The notes under the pieces: generated by a model
Told to the model about the DNA's origin: nothing
Database searches by the model: none
Seen by the model: the letters and a program-made list of their open reading frames with translations, nothing else
NCBI GenBank assembly: GCA_964199315.1
Contig: OZ116703.1
Location: forward strand, 3,844,001-3,908,000
Direction: 5' to 3'
DNA length: 64,000 nucleotides
Origin: Orbicella franksi
Taxonomy: Eukaryota
Part shown: in pieces, positions 27,601-38,913 of the stretch
Numbering within the stretch: the stretch's first letter is position 1
Layout of the letters: each line of letters starts with the position of its first letter
Program-made: the position numbers and the translations under genes

Positions 27601-30600
27601 AGGATCACATGCAAGTAACACTTATAGTGCATTTATATTCTGACGATAAACTGATATTAGGTGGAAAACATAATGATAACAGTTACTTTTACATAACATC
27701 TTCGCTGTTTAATTAAATTGTCACTCACAGCTATTTGCCACAGAACCAGGCGGACGCAAATCTTGATAATTTTTATTTTGTTGTAATCATTTCGTTAGGT
27801 TCTCATAGAAAAAGAGTGGATATCATTTGGTCATCGTTTCCGCGACAGACTGGGCCATCTGTCTTGTCCCAGTCAGCGGTCACCTGTGTTTTTACAGTTC
27901 TTGGACTGTGTGTGGCAGGTAAATTGATCAAACGTTCGGTTGTCATAACTGGCGCGACGTACTTTACTAATTGGACTGAAGCTATCTCCTTGATGGCCAA
28001 TCAGGAGGATAAACAAACCGGACATTACTTGGTTTACCTAATTTTTCCCGCGCTTGGCACCAGTGCACGTTTGCCGCTCCAAGTTTTTCCCGCGCTTTGC
28101 ACCGGGTGCATGTAGTTCCGTGCTTGGGACCAAATAAATGCTTTCTCAAGTTATTATAACAGCCCTTAAATTTTGCTCAGCTTGTCTCGTAGTCTGTTGA
28201 CACTATGGCTCTTTGACAGTGTCATTCTGTATTCTCTCTTTTTTCTCTTCTAATTAATTCATTTTTTTTCCACCTTCCAGATTGTACAACAGTTCCCTAG
28301 CGCTTTTGAATTTACTCCAGTATATTTAGTTAGAATAGCAGAACAAGTTAATTCGCAATGGTAAGTTGTTCTGTTTTTGTTTTTTAAATTAATTCTTTCC
28401 TTCCTCTCTTCCTCCTTCTCTCCCTCCTTCCCTTCCCCATTTGCTATCTACCTGTCTCCTCTCATTACGCAAATTGTGCGAGCTCTCGCGCAGTTCTGAA
28501 CTTTTTCCGTCACCGTGATGTCAATTTACGTCATATTATATTGTTGTTAGGCAACGTCTGACAAATACTGCAGGCTCGATCTGAATCTGTATATTTTATG
28601 TCTTTTGAACAAAGTGTCTCTCCGTTGCAGGTTTGGAAACTTTCTTTGTAATAACGTGAACGAGAGACAAAAGCATTCGGTTCCAACTCTGACCGTATCA
28701 CTGTGGGCTCACTTGAAAGCAGATGAAGAAAGCTTCAGGAATCCAACCTACAGAAAGTACACAGAGGTAGGCGGGCTGGCCTTAATGAATTTACGGACAA
28801 GACAGCTGGAGTTTGGGACGGACTTAATTGTGTATATGTAAAAGAAGTTAAAACCTGTTGTTTCCCATACCCTCTCCTTGGTACCCCTGTCCTTTTCCGG
28901 GAAAGGGGTTAGGGTACATTCTAGGTGATGCTAAGCTTTGTGTCAGAAGGTATTCAAGTCAAGTCAAGTTTATTGTGTATATACACTAAGCTTTTGTGAG
29001 GACAATCTCACCCGCTAGTTTGCAGGTATAACACAGAAAGTAAAATAAAAGAACTAAATTGAGACAATACCTTCAACAAATAACTAAGATAATACCAGGG
29101 ACGAGATATAACTTTTCATAAAAATGCGAGGGAAACCGTTCCTTTGTACTCTGTGCTGTAGGAGAAGCTGGCTCCATACTTGTTGTAGGTTATTTTAATC
29201 CTATAGCTCATCCCTTAAAACTTGTTTGTCTCTCCTGACTTTACAGACGTTATTTCCCGTGTCAAACCCAAGAAGGCTTCAGTTGTGGGTGGATTACTTC
29301 TTAAGATTCGACGAGACTGCTTGGTCAACTCAGGACTCCACCATTCAGGACGATGACGGCGATGCGGAGGTAAGTTGAGGGGGAAAGGAGAGGTGGGTGT
29401 CAAGATGTTTTCAATCGCACTAACTGTTGTTGTGGTGTTTGGTGTTTTCAGCCGGTGGTTACCAAGCCGCTGGATTCAGTTATTTGGGTCCCGGATGATA
29501 GAGCGCGGGAATGCGCGGACTGCAAACAGAGATTCACACAATTCAGAAGAAAGGTATTAAGGTCAACTTTCAAATTCTAATTACTGGACTCCATATATTT
29601 CTTATAAGATTATAAAATTTTTAGAATTTGACTACAGTGCGACTTCTCGAACCGAGCCACTTGGAAAAGAGTTCATGGTCAATCAACGTTACTAAAGAAC
29701 AAAGGATAGCGATCTTTTTCTGAAATAAACCAATAACATTGAAAAATACGAACAATAGTTCTTAACAAAATTGAAAATCTCTCAGTGTTGCGAACCTCTC
29801 AGGAAACTTTGCTTTTTGTTGCTTGGTTAGTTCGATCCTAAATTTTGTACGCTTTTCAACGGTTTTGTTTAGTTGTCGCAAAATTAGTTTTCAAGCTAAA
29901 TCTTTCGAGCGAGATTTATAATCATGATAATTCGCCTTCAAGGACTGAATCTCTAAGAGTGTATATGACGCAGAGGAGTCGATAGTGTTTATGTTTTCGC
30001 GTCAAACACACCGTTACTTGTTCTCGTCCACTGTACTCAGTATAAGTCTTCATTGGTTAGTTTTCTTCTAAGTGGCCTTATTCGAGTCGTCACACTGTAA
30101 TGTGTCCAGTAAATCCCTGCTGGTCCTGTTTTGAACCTTTAACTACCGTTGGTTCTGCCTGTAGTGCAAACGTTCCTCAGTAACTTTTTCCGAGTTCAAT
30201 ATTATGTGAGCTGTTGTGCGTCATTTTGTGACTTGGTCGTGTTAATGAGTGTAGGGGAGGGGAGGGTAAGCAGTGACAAACGCGAGGACTGCTACTTTGC
30301 GTGTGTTACTTTGCTATCAACATGTTTTGATTTTGAAAAGACACCTTGGGCGCGAGTCTGATAACTTAGGCCCAGTTCAGACGCCGAACTTTTCGTGAGC
30401 CGAACATAATTCGAATTTGGACCGACCCAAATTATCAAAAGTACTCCTGTTGATTCAGACGTCGAACTTAATTCACCGAACTAAATTTAGTTTGAACCAA
30501 AACACTGCGAAACATCAGCGATTTTCAGGCAAGGTGTATGCATTAGGTTCGGCACATGAAAAGTTCGACGTCTGAATCAAATCCGTTCGAAAGCCGAAAT

Positions 30601-31162
30601 TCCCGGCTGAGCTAGGCGGAAAGAACGGCTGAGCCGTTCCAAATTCAAATAGCCGTTTTTAACTGATTCAGACGCCTAACTTTTCATGTACTTAATTCAA
30701 CGTATTAGGTTCGGCTCATGAAAAGTTCGGCGTCTGAACTGGGCCTTAGTTGCGATGGCCTGATGATAATTCTGCTAACAAACTGGTTTTATTTTTTTTA
30801 CTTTCCTGATGTGATTTCCGCTGGACAGCATCATTGTAGGTGAGGAAATGTTACTTCGTACAAATACTGTTATTGTTCTTACCAATGAGGAAATTTCTTT
30901 TCTTTTTTTTTTTTTTTTTGCCTTTTCGTCCAAATTTTTCCGTTGATTCTTCATCCTATGTATTCGCTTTGATCTAAATAGACTCTTGTCGAATAATAAT
31001 TCTTGTATTTTCAGAGCGTGTGGTCAAGTGTTCTGCAGTGAATGTTCAAAACAGAGAATCCCTCTTCCTCAGTTTGGTTACATGAACCCTGAAAGAGTGT
31101 GCGAGAACTGCTTTCAACACAACAGCATCAGACAAGTCGACGAAGAGGTCAGTTACTGCTAA
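13460..31162 (+). CDS. Myotubularin-related phosphoinositide 3-phosphatase with N-terminal C2 domain, PH-GRAM domain and C-terminal FYVE finger, 24 exons, ~990 aa
   Basis: Exons: 13460-13607, 16886-17068, 18009-18226, 18773-18878, 19141-19234, 19760-19811, 20344-20406, 20793-21051, 21136-21424, 21746-21838, 21992-22064, 23284-23376, 23909-23947, 24705-24794, 26060-26176, 26822-27013, 27445-27588, 27799-27918, 28281-28360, 28631-28766, 29247-29369, 29452-29553, 30829-30839, 31015-31162. All GT-AG and in phase, 2973 nt. C2: [22 protein letters not shown]...[20 protein letters not shown]: [10 protein letters not shown]...LTVRCWDFR. Phosphatase: [88 protein letters not shown]: WVPD...CADC...[17 protein letters not shown]...RVCENC. 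Possible alternative last exon 32009-32056. Confidence 0.93.
14795..14994. mobile_element. MITE (~200 bp)
   Basis: TIR AATAGGCCACGTTTGACACATCAATATTC / GAATATTGATATATCAAATGTGGCCTATT. Termini resemble the 2100-2259 element. Confidence 0.75.
15132..16510. mobile_element. Non-autonomous DNA transposon, 1.38 kb, 8-bp TSD
   Basis: TIR AGGCCCTGTTAGGGG / CCCCTAACAGGGTCT (1 mismatch). Direct repeat CTGTGATG at 15124-15131 and 16511-16518. Repeated subterminal CATGTC motifs at both ends. Confidence 0.75.
16765..16792. repeat. (GT)n microsatellite followed by poly-G
   Basis: gtgtgtgtgtgtgtgtgtggggggggggg read directly from the sequence. Confidence 0.9.
17536..17683. mobile_element. Foldback MITE (~150 bp)
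   Basis: TIR ATGTTATTTGC / GCAAATAACAT, with internal inverted pairs GTCTGTATTGGGA / TCCCAATACAGAC and GAGTACAGC / GCTGTACTC. Confidence 0.7.
19312..19663. mobile_element. MITE with AAT target-site duplication
   Basis: TIR GGGGAGCTTGAGAA / TTCTTAAGCTCCCC. AAT at 19309-19311 and 19664-19666. Confidence 0.75.
24505..24640. mobile_element. Short MITE with iterated CTATCC/GGATAG motifs
   Basis: AGGCCCCACTTGTTCGAAGG ... CCTTTTGAAAAACGCGGGCCTG termini and several internal GCTATCC / GGATAG inverted units. Confidence 0.6.
25302..25906. mobile_element. Non-autonomous piggyBac-like element (605 bp)
   Basis: Perfect 15-bp TIR CCCTTTGAATACCAA / TTGGTATTCAAAGGG. TTAA at 25298-25301 and 25907-25910. Subterminal palindrome TACGCATATATGCGTA. 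No transposase ORF. Confidence 0.85.
26368..26496. mobile_element. Short MITE-like repeat (second copy at 31328-31398)
   Basis: Both loci begin CTAGGCT(T/C)GATTTCCGC and end GAACAGC..GGCT(A/G)GTAATCGAG(T/C)CT. Confidence 0.6.
27063..27273 (+). mobile_element. tRNA-derived SINE, degraded copy (further fragment at ~23040-23105)
   Basis: CCCTGGCCGGGGTCATTGTGTTGTGTTCTTGAGCAAGACACTTTACTCTCAC...AATACTCCTAGCCGCTTCA matches the 40741 copy. Confidence 0.75.
30369..30745. mobile_element. PIF/Harbinger-type MITE, TTA TSD
   Basis: TIR GGCCCAGTTCAGACGCCGAACTTTTC / GAAAAGTTCGGCGTCTGAACTGGGCC. TTA at 30366-30368 and 30746-30748. Related copy at 50765-51170. Confidence 0.9.
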
Positions 31163-31740
31163 CAAATGTGGCTATCTTGACGGCTACAACGCAGTCGTTT
31201 GCTAGCTTGCTTGCTTGTTTGTTTGTTTGTTTGTTGTCTTTGTGTTTTTGTTTGTTTGTTTGTTATATATAGTCTTCAAGAATGTACCAGACATCAGTCC
31301 CGGGAAGGGGAGCACTCCCATGTCCCCCTAGGCTCGATTTCCGCCGCTCACTTAAGTTATGCCTACGATGCCGAACAGCGCGGCTGGTAATCGAGCCTGA
31401 ATTAGTCTCCAATAGGAGAGAATAATTCTGGTCGTGGCTTGAGCTCCGTTGGACCCTTCAACCAAGAACACAACAGACAAATAAGCGTTATAGTGACTTA
31501 ATAATGATAAAAGCGTTGTCATCGAATGAGATCATCGCCGATTTAAACTCCCAACACACTGTGACGGTGTGAAATGTACCTTGGGTAAACATGGCTTGGG
31601 TAAACATGGCTTTCTGTCCCCAACACCTTAATCCGTAATTTAGACCCCTAACAGACATCGATCATTTACCTCACGTGGGACCTCCCTGCCACCCGGGGAG
31701 AGAGAAGTAGTAGAAAATATGGCCAGTTGGGTTGTTCGCC

Positions 31741-31968
31741 CTTAGCTACGTCACGGGTTGCACCTTTTGAAAAGTTTCCCCTAAATTTTTCAAGTTCGTC
31801 GTTTGCAATCCGTGTTAATCTTTTCCATCCTTAACCATCCTTGTTCCTTTATGGTTGATTATTATCTTTCTGGTGTTTTTCTATCTTAGTAAACTACTAT
31901 TTTCAGGTTTCCCTCAATTCAAAGGTAATTTTGCACATGGCCAAGATACCGTGACTGAACTCCTTTAA
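31741..31968. mobile_element. TTAA-associated (Kolobok-like) MITE; inverted copy at 38671-38913
   Basis: Ends AGCTACGTCACGG ... CCGTGACTGAACTCCTTTAA. The internal sequence is the reverse complement of 38671-38913. Confidence 0.7.
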
Positions 31969-34900
31969 GACAAGTAAAAATGCACGTCTTCATTGTTGTT
32001 TTCTTTAGGACGAAGATGAGTTTGAAGTGATCACGCTCCCGACTTTTTCAATGTAATGTTGAATTAAGGCGAAGACATTTTGCTCAAACAACGCTCCTGC
32101 AATAACCAAGATATTTCAAGGAAAGTATTCAACGCTTGTGCTACTGGCTGGAGAAGGCGAACAATCTTGACAAAAGAAAAAGTTCGAACAAGAAATGTTA
32201 TCATACAGCTTGGATTTGTCGGTGAAAGGTGTTCTTTAGTGGTTGCCAGTTATTTACCCGTGAAAAAGTTCCTCGTGGAACAATTTGCGTGGTCATGTAA
32301 GCAAAATTCTATGCTTTTACCAGAAAGGCTTGTGCAATTATTTTTAACAATGATAAATATACCGCGCGGTTTGATTAGTGTAAAGAAACATTGAATGGTT
32401 TTCTATTTTTGAGTTATTTTTTAAACGAAACAGAGTAAACCTTTGAACATTTTATCCGCGTTTCTTAAAGTAGAGATACGGTAACGAAAGTTTGGTAGAG
32501 CTGGAATCATCAGATAATGGAGTAATCACTCGTAGTATTTCGGTAGTTGTACGAGTCGCTCGCTATTTTGGCGTTAAAAATGACTTGTAGAAATGTGCAG
32601 CGATGCTAGCTATGCGCTAAAATGTTTTTCCTTAAAACAAACTTTAACTTCTAACCGTAACGCTACTTTGCTTAGTTCCTGGATCTTGATATTTCGTCTC
32701 GGTCAATCTTTCTCGGATCACGTGGTCCGGCCGTATGTCTCGGATACGTCACCGAAATCAATTGACCGTGAAGGCCTGGGAGAAGGCCGTACAGGAACTA
32801 GCCAAGTAGTCACTTATAGCTTGTCACGCACTCCTCAGGAAAGATTGCGTGACGAGCCTGAAGAGAGTCTGCGTAAGAGGAAAACTACAAGGACTGCAAC
32901 TGACCTGTTAAACCGGTTTCCAAGGGTACAAATATCGTGAGAAATTTGTACTCTGGAGAGTGGAGTTGGTTTATGATCCTTGTTCCCCCAAACCTCCACG
33001 TGTGTTGCTGTAACTCTATAAACGCACGAAAATTACGTTTTATTTCTCAGATGTAAAGTATTTATAAAATGTACCATTATTAAAGTGTGTAGAATTGTAA
33101 AATTTATTGTAAATGTATGATAGGAATATGTTTATTAGGGTTTGAATTAATTAAATCATGTACAGCATAAAATGTGTATGCGTTATTTTTTTGTTTTCCT
33201 TGTAGATCAGTGTACTATAACTGCTCGGTTGTTGTGTAGAGAGAAGACAAAGCAATGTTGCAAGAGCAATTTTTGCTTTATAGCTGGCTCGGCGAGTGGC
33301 CAAGATGAAGTACTTTCTGATACAAGAGCGGGCAAGAACAGATACATCTGATCCATCTTGCCTGCTCGGGTTACCTGATGCCCGTGCGCTAGACGCTGCT
33401 GGTCTTAACACGGGCCAAACAGTGCACAAAGGAACTTTATTCAAATGCACTAAGTCTTTTCAAGTATGTGAAAATTAAATAATCCCACTGGAAAAAAACA
33501 CTGAACCTCCAAGGTCTAAGATTCTTCAGGTAGTTCGTTGTCTTCCTAAGCTAAATAACAAGTCCTTAATTGAAGTTCCTTCTAGTGTTTTTTCGCGTGT
33601 AATCACAACAGTAGCTTGCCCTTACGCTTAGTCAACAACCCATATCTTCTCTCAATCATTCAATTTTAGGTGCTTCATATGGTTTTAAAAAAAGTTGCTA
33701 TGGAACATCTCTCTAAAGAAGTTATTTAGACAAACCAGACAGACCAAACTGGGTTTTTTCTGTCGTTTTTCCTTAGACTGAAACCTCTTAAATTTAATTG
33801 AGTAGCAACTTTACCACCTTTAAACCGGAAACACCAAAACCTTTTAGAATGGTGTATTAGATATTTATCTATATATTTTTTAAGTTGAGACAATAGGGGT
33901 TCTCTTTGGAATGGCGCCATAGATCATTCCGTGACACTTACTTGACGTGGGCTCCGCCTAAGGAACAAGAAAGCTCTCGATTTTGCTTCCCAGGTGAAGG
34001 AAGTCGTAAGCTGACGAAGCACGTACGAGTCATTAAAACACACAGGAACTTTATCTGTGTAACTAGAGTATTGCATTAGAAGTGCGAATATGGAAATTGT
34101 TCACACATTTGGAAAGAGTTCGAAAATGGTAATTTGTGGCACAAATTACCATTTTCCAACACGTACGGGGTTGGAGGAGGTTCACATAATTGAATAAAGT
34201 GCCTGGACTTGTGCTACAGACCTTTAAATTATGTCAACCTTTATTTCTTTTCTTTTATTTCCTCTTTTCTTTCCTATTTGACACTGGTGAAATAACGCTA
34301 ATGTCGATGAATGCGTGACTCGTAGGGAAAAGAGCATGTCTGTTTCATCCTAATGCACGCACGCGGTCAGGACCTACCGGCTAAACGACACTCGGTAACG
34401 GCAATCTTTAAAAACTTAGTTATTCGATCAAATACGATCAGTCGCCGAAAATTCTCCTTGATATACTTCACATGAACTTAATTAATGTCAAGGACTGAGT
34501 ACGCGACATAAAAAAAATATCCCTTCAAAGTGTAGGGCTTTGGAACATCTCGTGAAATTTTCGGAAGCTGTCGAGACTGAGAAAAAAACTGGATTAAGAT
34601 TTGGTTTTACAGACTTCTTTACAGACTTCCTTATCGTTTAACTCCAATTTTTTTGACACACGGTGGTTTTAAGAGTCACCTTTAGACGGTTTAACTTCGG
34701 CTATTTTATTGAAATTTATTATTTCCGAATTGGTTTCTGGAGCAAACCGTTAATATGTTCAAAACAGATAACAATAAAACACGTGCGGCGGCTGGAAAAA
34801 ACGTGCGACACAGTGAACAGCTGTGAATTTCGGTGACAATCTCCTGAAATTATCCGGTGAAATGTATGAGAAAGTGACAAACTGCTGATTAGTTGTTCTG

Positions 34901-35375
34901 GAAGCAAAGATCAAACGTCGCGTTAAAAGTTCAAACTTCAAAATGGCACGTTTACTTGTATCTTGAAGCCTATGACTAACAGTCTAAAAAACCATCTAGC
35001 TTTAAAGTAAATAAATCATATTTCGCAATTCTGAGAGCAAATTTTGGAACGTAATTTTTTACTCGAAGTTGTTTCCCCTGTCAATTTTTGTAGTAGAAAC
35101 GTTCTCTGATTGGTCAGCTTGGTGTTAATACGGCAATTTCATGTGTACCTGATAATTTGACTCTCTCTAATCCTCCAATCATGTTTTAGCATAGCTTTTA
35201 AATTACCTCTAAAATGAAATTGGAGATTTAAAAAGTTTCCGTTGCAGTTTTAGCCCTTAAAAGCTTCGGATACGTTAGATTCATAGCAAACCACATCCGT
35301 TTTGATTTCACCATGCCCAAAACGTGATCTGAAAATTTCACGCCAGTTTTGGAGTAGTTTTGCCTTCTATCGACC

Positions 35376-36452
35376 ATGGTTGTGCACAGAAATAGTTTAA
35401 GCGAAGACGCCGATATCTATGGAGGTATTACACCCTCAAACGAAGAGGAAAATTTTCTTCTTGTCTGTTTCTCTGTGATTGTTGTGTTCACCATTGTTGG
35501 AAGCCTTATGGTTTGCACGGTCAACATGAAGAACAAAGACATGCTCAGGAGTCCTTATAATGTGAACTTATTTCACCTCGCCATAACTGACTTGCTGGTT
35601 TCTACTGCGATCTTATTGACACCGGGATTTATCTTCCAAGAGATACCTTTCGCACCGGTGCTTGGCGGTGAGGTATTTTGCCGTGTCATTTCGTCGCATT
35701 TTTTAACTTTCAGCACCGCGACTACCTCAGTCTATATTACCGTCGCGCTCGCCACAGAACGCTGGTACGCGGTAGCGAGACCACTCGAGTACCGCGCAAA
35801 ATTCCACAAAAAACGTCTCGTATGCGAGACTTTTACGATATGGGTGCTATCGCTTGGTGCAAACTCTTTGTTGCCCTTAGAAGTGAAATATAACCCGGAA
35901 AAAAACTCGGCTTTGGAAAGCTGCGAAGTAGTCAAGATCCCGTTTGTCGATCCTCCAATTCACAAACTCCTTGGAATCGTTCAGTTGGCGTTCAAGTTTG
36001 TCATTCCGTTCGCGATAAATTGTAATTTGTACCTCCGAGTTTTGGCCGAAACCCGAAAGTCACGTGTACTAAGCCGCAGAATTGGCTCGCACATGCGCCA
36101 CAACATCAGTCGAATGGCAGCTGTCTCCACTCTGGTTTTAGCCTTTTGTTGGTTGCCAAATCAGGTTTTTTACGTGTGTTTCGCTTTCGACCTCGTGCAG
36201 CTTAATACGCCCGCTCACTTCACCACCATTGTCATAGCACTGATTAACCCGTGCTTAAACCCGTTTATTTTTGCTTTTCACTCCGTGCAGTACAGACGCG
36301 GATTTAGAAACTTGTTTTGTGGCGGATACGCAGACGAAAATGGAGATAAACTAAAACAGACCGAGAACAAGCGATTGCACAAGTTTCGCCACACGCAGCT
36401 AAGTCACTGTGGCCCTGAAAACCTCAGTCAAGCACCTTCGTCACCCGTTTAG
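35376..36452 (+). CDS. Class A (rhodopsin-like) GPCR, single coding exon, 358 aa, peptide-receptor-like orphan
   Basis: Seven hydrophobic segments. LAITDLL (TM2 D2.50), VFCR (C3.25), ERW (DRY site), IWVLS (W4.50), FVIPF (P5.50), CWLPNQ (TM6), NPCLNPFIF (TM7), helix 8 YRRGFRNLFC. Confidence 0.93.
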   Translation: MVVHRNSLSEDADIYGGITPSNEEENFLLVCFSVIVVFTIVGSLMVCTVNMKNKDMLRSPYNVNLFHLAITDLLVSTAILLTPGFIFQEIPFAPVLGGEVFCRVISSHFLTFSTATTSVYITVALATERWYAVARPLEYRAKFHKKRLVCETFTIWVLSLGANSLLPLEVKYNPEKNSALESCEVVKIPFVDPPIHKLLGIVQLAFKFVIPFAINCNLYLRVLAETRKSRVLSRRIGSHMRHNISRMAAVSTLVLAFCWLPNQVFYVCFAFDLVQLNTPAHFTTIVIALINPCLNPFIFAFHSVQYRRGFRNLFCGGYADENGDKLKQTENKRLHKFRHTQLSHCGPENLSQAPSSPV

Positions 36453-38670
36453 TGATCTGTGATCTATGTACAGCGTTGAATTTTAGTGGGAACGTTCCAC
36501 TTTTGAAGCCGCTTGGTACCAGATCTAATACGATAGTATTAACTATATGAAGACGGCAGCATAGTTTTAAACATTGAAGAAAATCTGAAAACACTATCTA
36601 TAAAGACTTTTAAAAACCTGGAGTTCGTTATTCCTGAATGGAAAGTTACAGTTGCTCTCAGCAACAAAATGGATTTGACCTTTGCACGTATGAGTTTCTA
36701 ACCCGGGAGGGGCAGAGGCACTTCCCAAACCTTTTTTTAGGTTGTTTCCGAGGCTGTAACAAACGATCTCTATCACGCGTTCAGCATCTACGGACATAGC
36801 GGAAAAAACAGAGCTCAAAAAAGCGTGTGCACTGGGAACAGGTGCAAATTTAATTGCCAACATCCTAGAAGTAGTGCACTAATAATTGATGGCAAGTGTG
36901 ATTATTAAGGTTTGTTTGCTCCAGTAGCAAAGATGAATATTATATCAATGCAAAGCCACTGAAAATGTCACGTTTACCTGTACAAGTGCGGTATAAATGT
37001 AAAAGTCCACACAAATCCCCCAAAAAATTGCGCCCTAAATTAAGATATTCCCCGTATTAAAGATATGAAAAGTACTTAACTTTAAAAAAGCATTGTATGA
37101 CAAAGCCATATTTATGGCTGAACAACAAAGATTGATTGATTGATGTCATGTTTAAGTCCATTTAAGCAGCTTTTAATTAATTTGAAGAATTGTCAATATT
37201 TATGATCACTTCTTACATACAGTATCTTAAAAAAGAATATTGAATGAGATCTGTAGGTTATTACTTTGACCGAGCAGTAAAGATTCATTGATGTCATGGT
37301 TTAGTCTTCTCTTTTAATTCTTTTGAGGAAAACGTTTGACCAATGAAAACGTAGTTTTGAAGTAGTCATTTCTCCATCAATTTTCTTATGAGAAAACCCT
37401 TCATAACTAGTGTGCATTTTACATGATCTTGGGCCAGCTTATTCCTTAAGAAAGTCGTACTAGCAAATTAACTTTCATTTTTTTTTTTAAATCTGGCCGA
37501 GCTCGTGTGGAACTCCGTGAATCCAGTCACTAAATACATCGGACCACTAAAACACGATGAACATGTACTTATATCGAGAAATGTCTGATCATCTCAGAAA
37601 CCATTATGCCTAGAAAGCGGTATATAAGAATCGCCTTAGACTGATGCAAGACAGCTTTGTTGACTTTGAACTAAAGCAAGAGCTTCAAGTTCAAATGAAC
37701 CGGAGAATTTCCTAAAATTTAAATCGTATTGTTTAAAAAATTTTAAATGGTGCAGAAAAACCGTTTCTTACTTCATGTGGCCGTTCATTTGAATTTAAAT
37801 CAGTTAAAACACAGTTCATTCTCATCTGGCCAAAAACAATGAAACAAAACTAAGTGGACCAAATAGAAATCGAAGCAAAATACACGTGACCAACACCAAG
37901 CGCGGAAAAAATACGCGTTTTTAGATTGGTTCAATAAACGGACCAATAGCAGAGCTGAGAAAACACGCAAACAAATAAACACAACTGAAATAAAAAAAAA
38001 AAACGCTCTAAATAAAAACATCAGCAAATTGTGCGCAATTCTGTTGAATAAAGCGGTTCAAATGTAACTAAAATATTGCTGAATTTGAATGAGATTAAAT
38101 TTCGATAAACATTTCAAAATAAAAATGAGCGATAGAAATAGAAATTTTACACGTTTATTAGTAAGACACCTAGCCTGAACAAGCAATCGGATTCCACCCA
38201 CGCGAAACTATTTGTTTAAACAAATATGTTAATGGACAATCACACCTCTCACCGCGTATATAACACCGTTGAACCGTTATTTTCTTGTCACTTGATAATG
38301 ATGTCATGACGACATCGAAACGTTGTGTAAAATTTCTATCGCTCATTTTTATTTTGAAATATTGCTGAATTATTTTCAAAATCCAGTACAAGTTTTCCGT
38401 GCCTAAAGCCAGTCATGGAAGTTCTCTATAAAATTAATAATGTAGAGAGGGAAGAGTTTGTTCAAACTTTCTTTACGAGGAAAAATATCCCAGGAGAGTC
38501 TCGATAGCGCCAGCTTGAATGCCCTTCATATGTTCTCGCTGACAACAAGCAGCCCCTTTTTCTTCTTATTCTGTTGAGCGTCTCGGAAAGAAATTGCACA
38601 AGAGGAAACACTCCACAGACAGAGCAGGGTGACAGAGGGCTTGCTCGTGGTCTGTCTCAGACACGAATCA

Positions 38671-38913
38671 CTTAAAGGAATTCAGTCACGGCATTTTGAG
38701 TTATTTTGTTCAAGTACAAAATTACCTTTAAATTGAAGGAAACCTGAAAATAGTAGTTTACTAGGATAGAGAAACTCCCAAGAGATAATAATAAACCATA
38801 AATGAACAAGGATGGTTAAGGATGGAGAAGATTTAACACGAATTACTAATGAGGAACTTGAATAATTTAGGCTAAACTTCTAAAGTTGCGGAAACCGTGA
38901 CGTAGCTCCTTAA
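38671..38913. mobile_element. TTAA-flanked (Kolobok-like) MITE
   Basis: TTAAAGGAATTCAGTCACGG ... CCGTGACGTAGCTCCTTAA. Homologous to 31741-31968 in opposite orientation. Confidence 0.75.

Noticed and set aside
30369-30745. CRISPR-like array of recurring TTCAGACG..GAACTT units
   Set aside because: Units occur in both orientations inside a TIR/TSD-bounded MITE, with no regular spacers and no cas genes; eukaryotic context.
31199-31390. ORF after the FYVE exon as an alternative terminal exon
   Set aside because: Built from a (TTGT)n simple repeat and a short MITE also present at 26368-26496.
36594-36863. 89-aa minus-strand ORF downstream of the GPCR
   Set aside because: No motif or domain recognised and no supporting exon structure.
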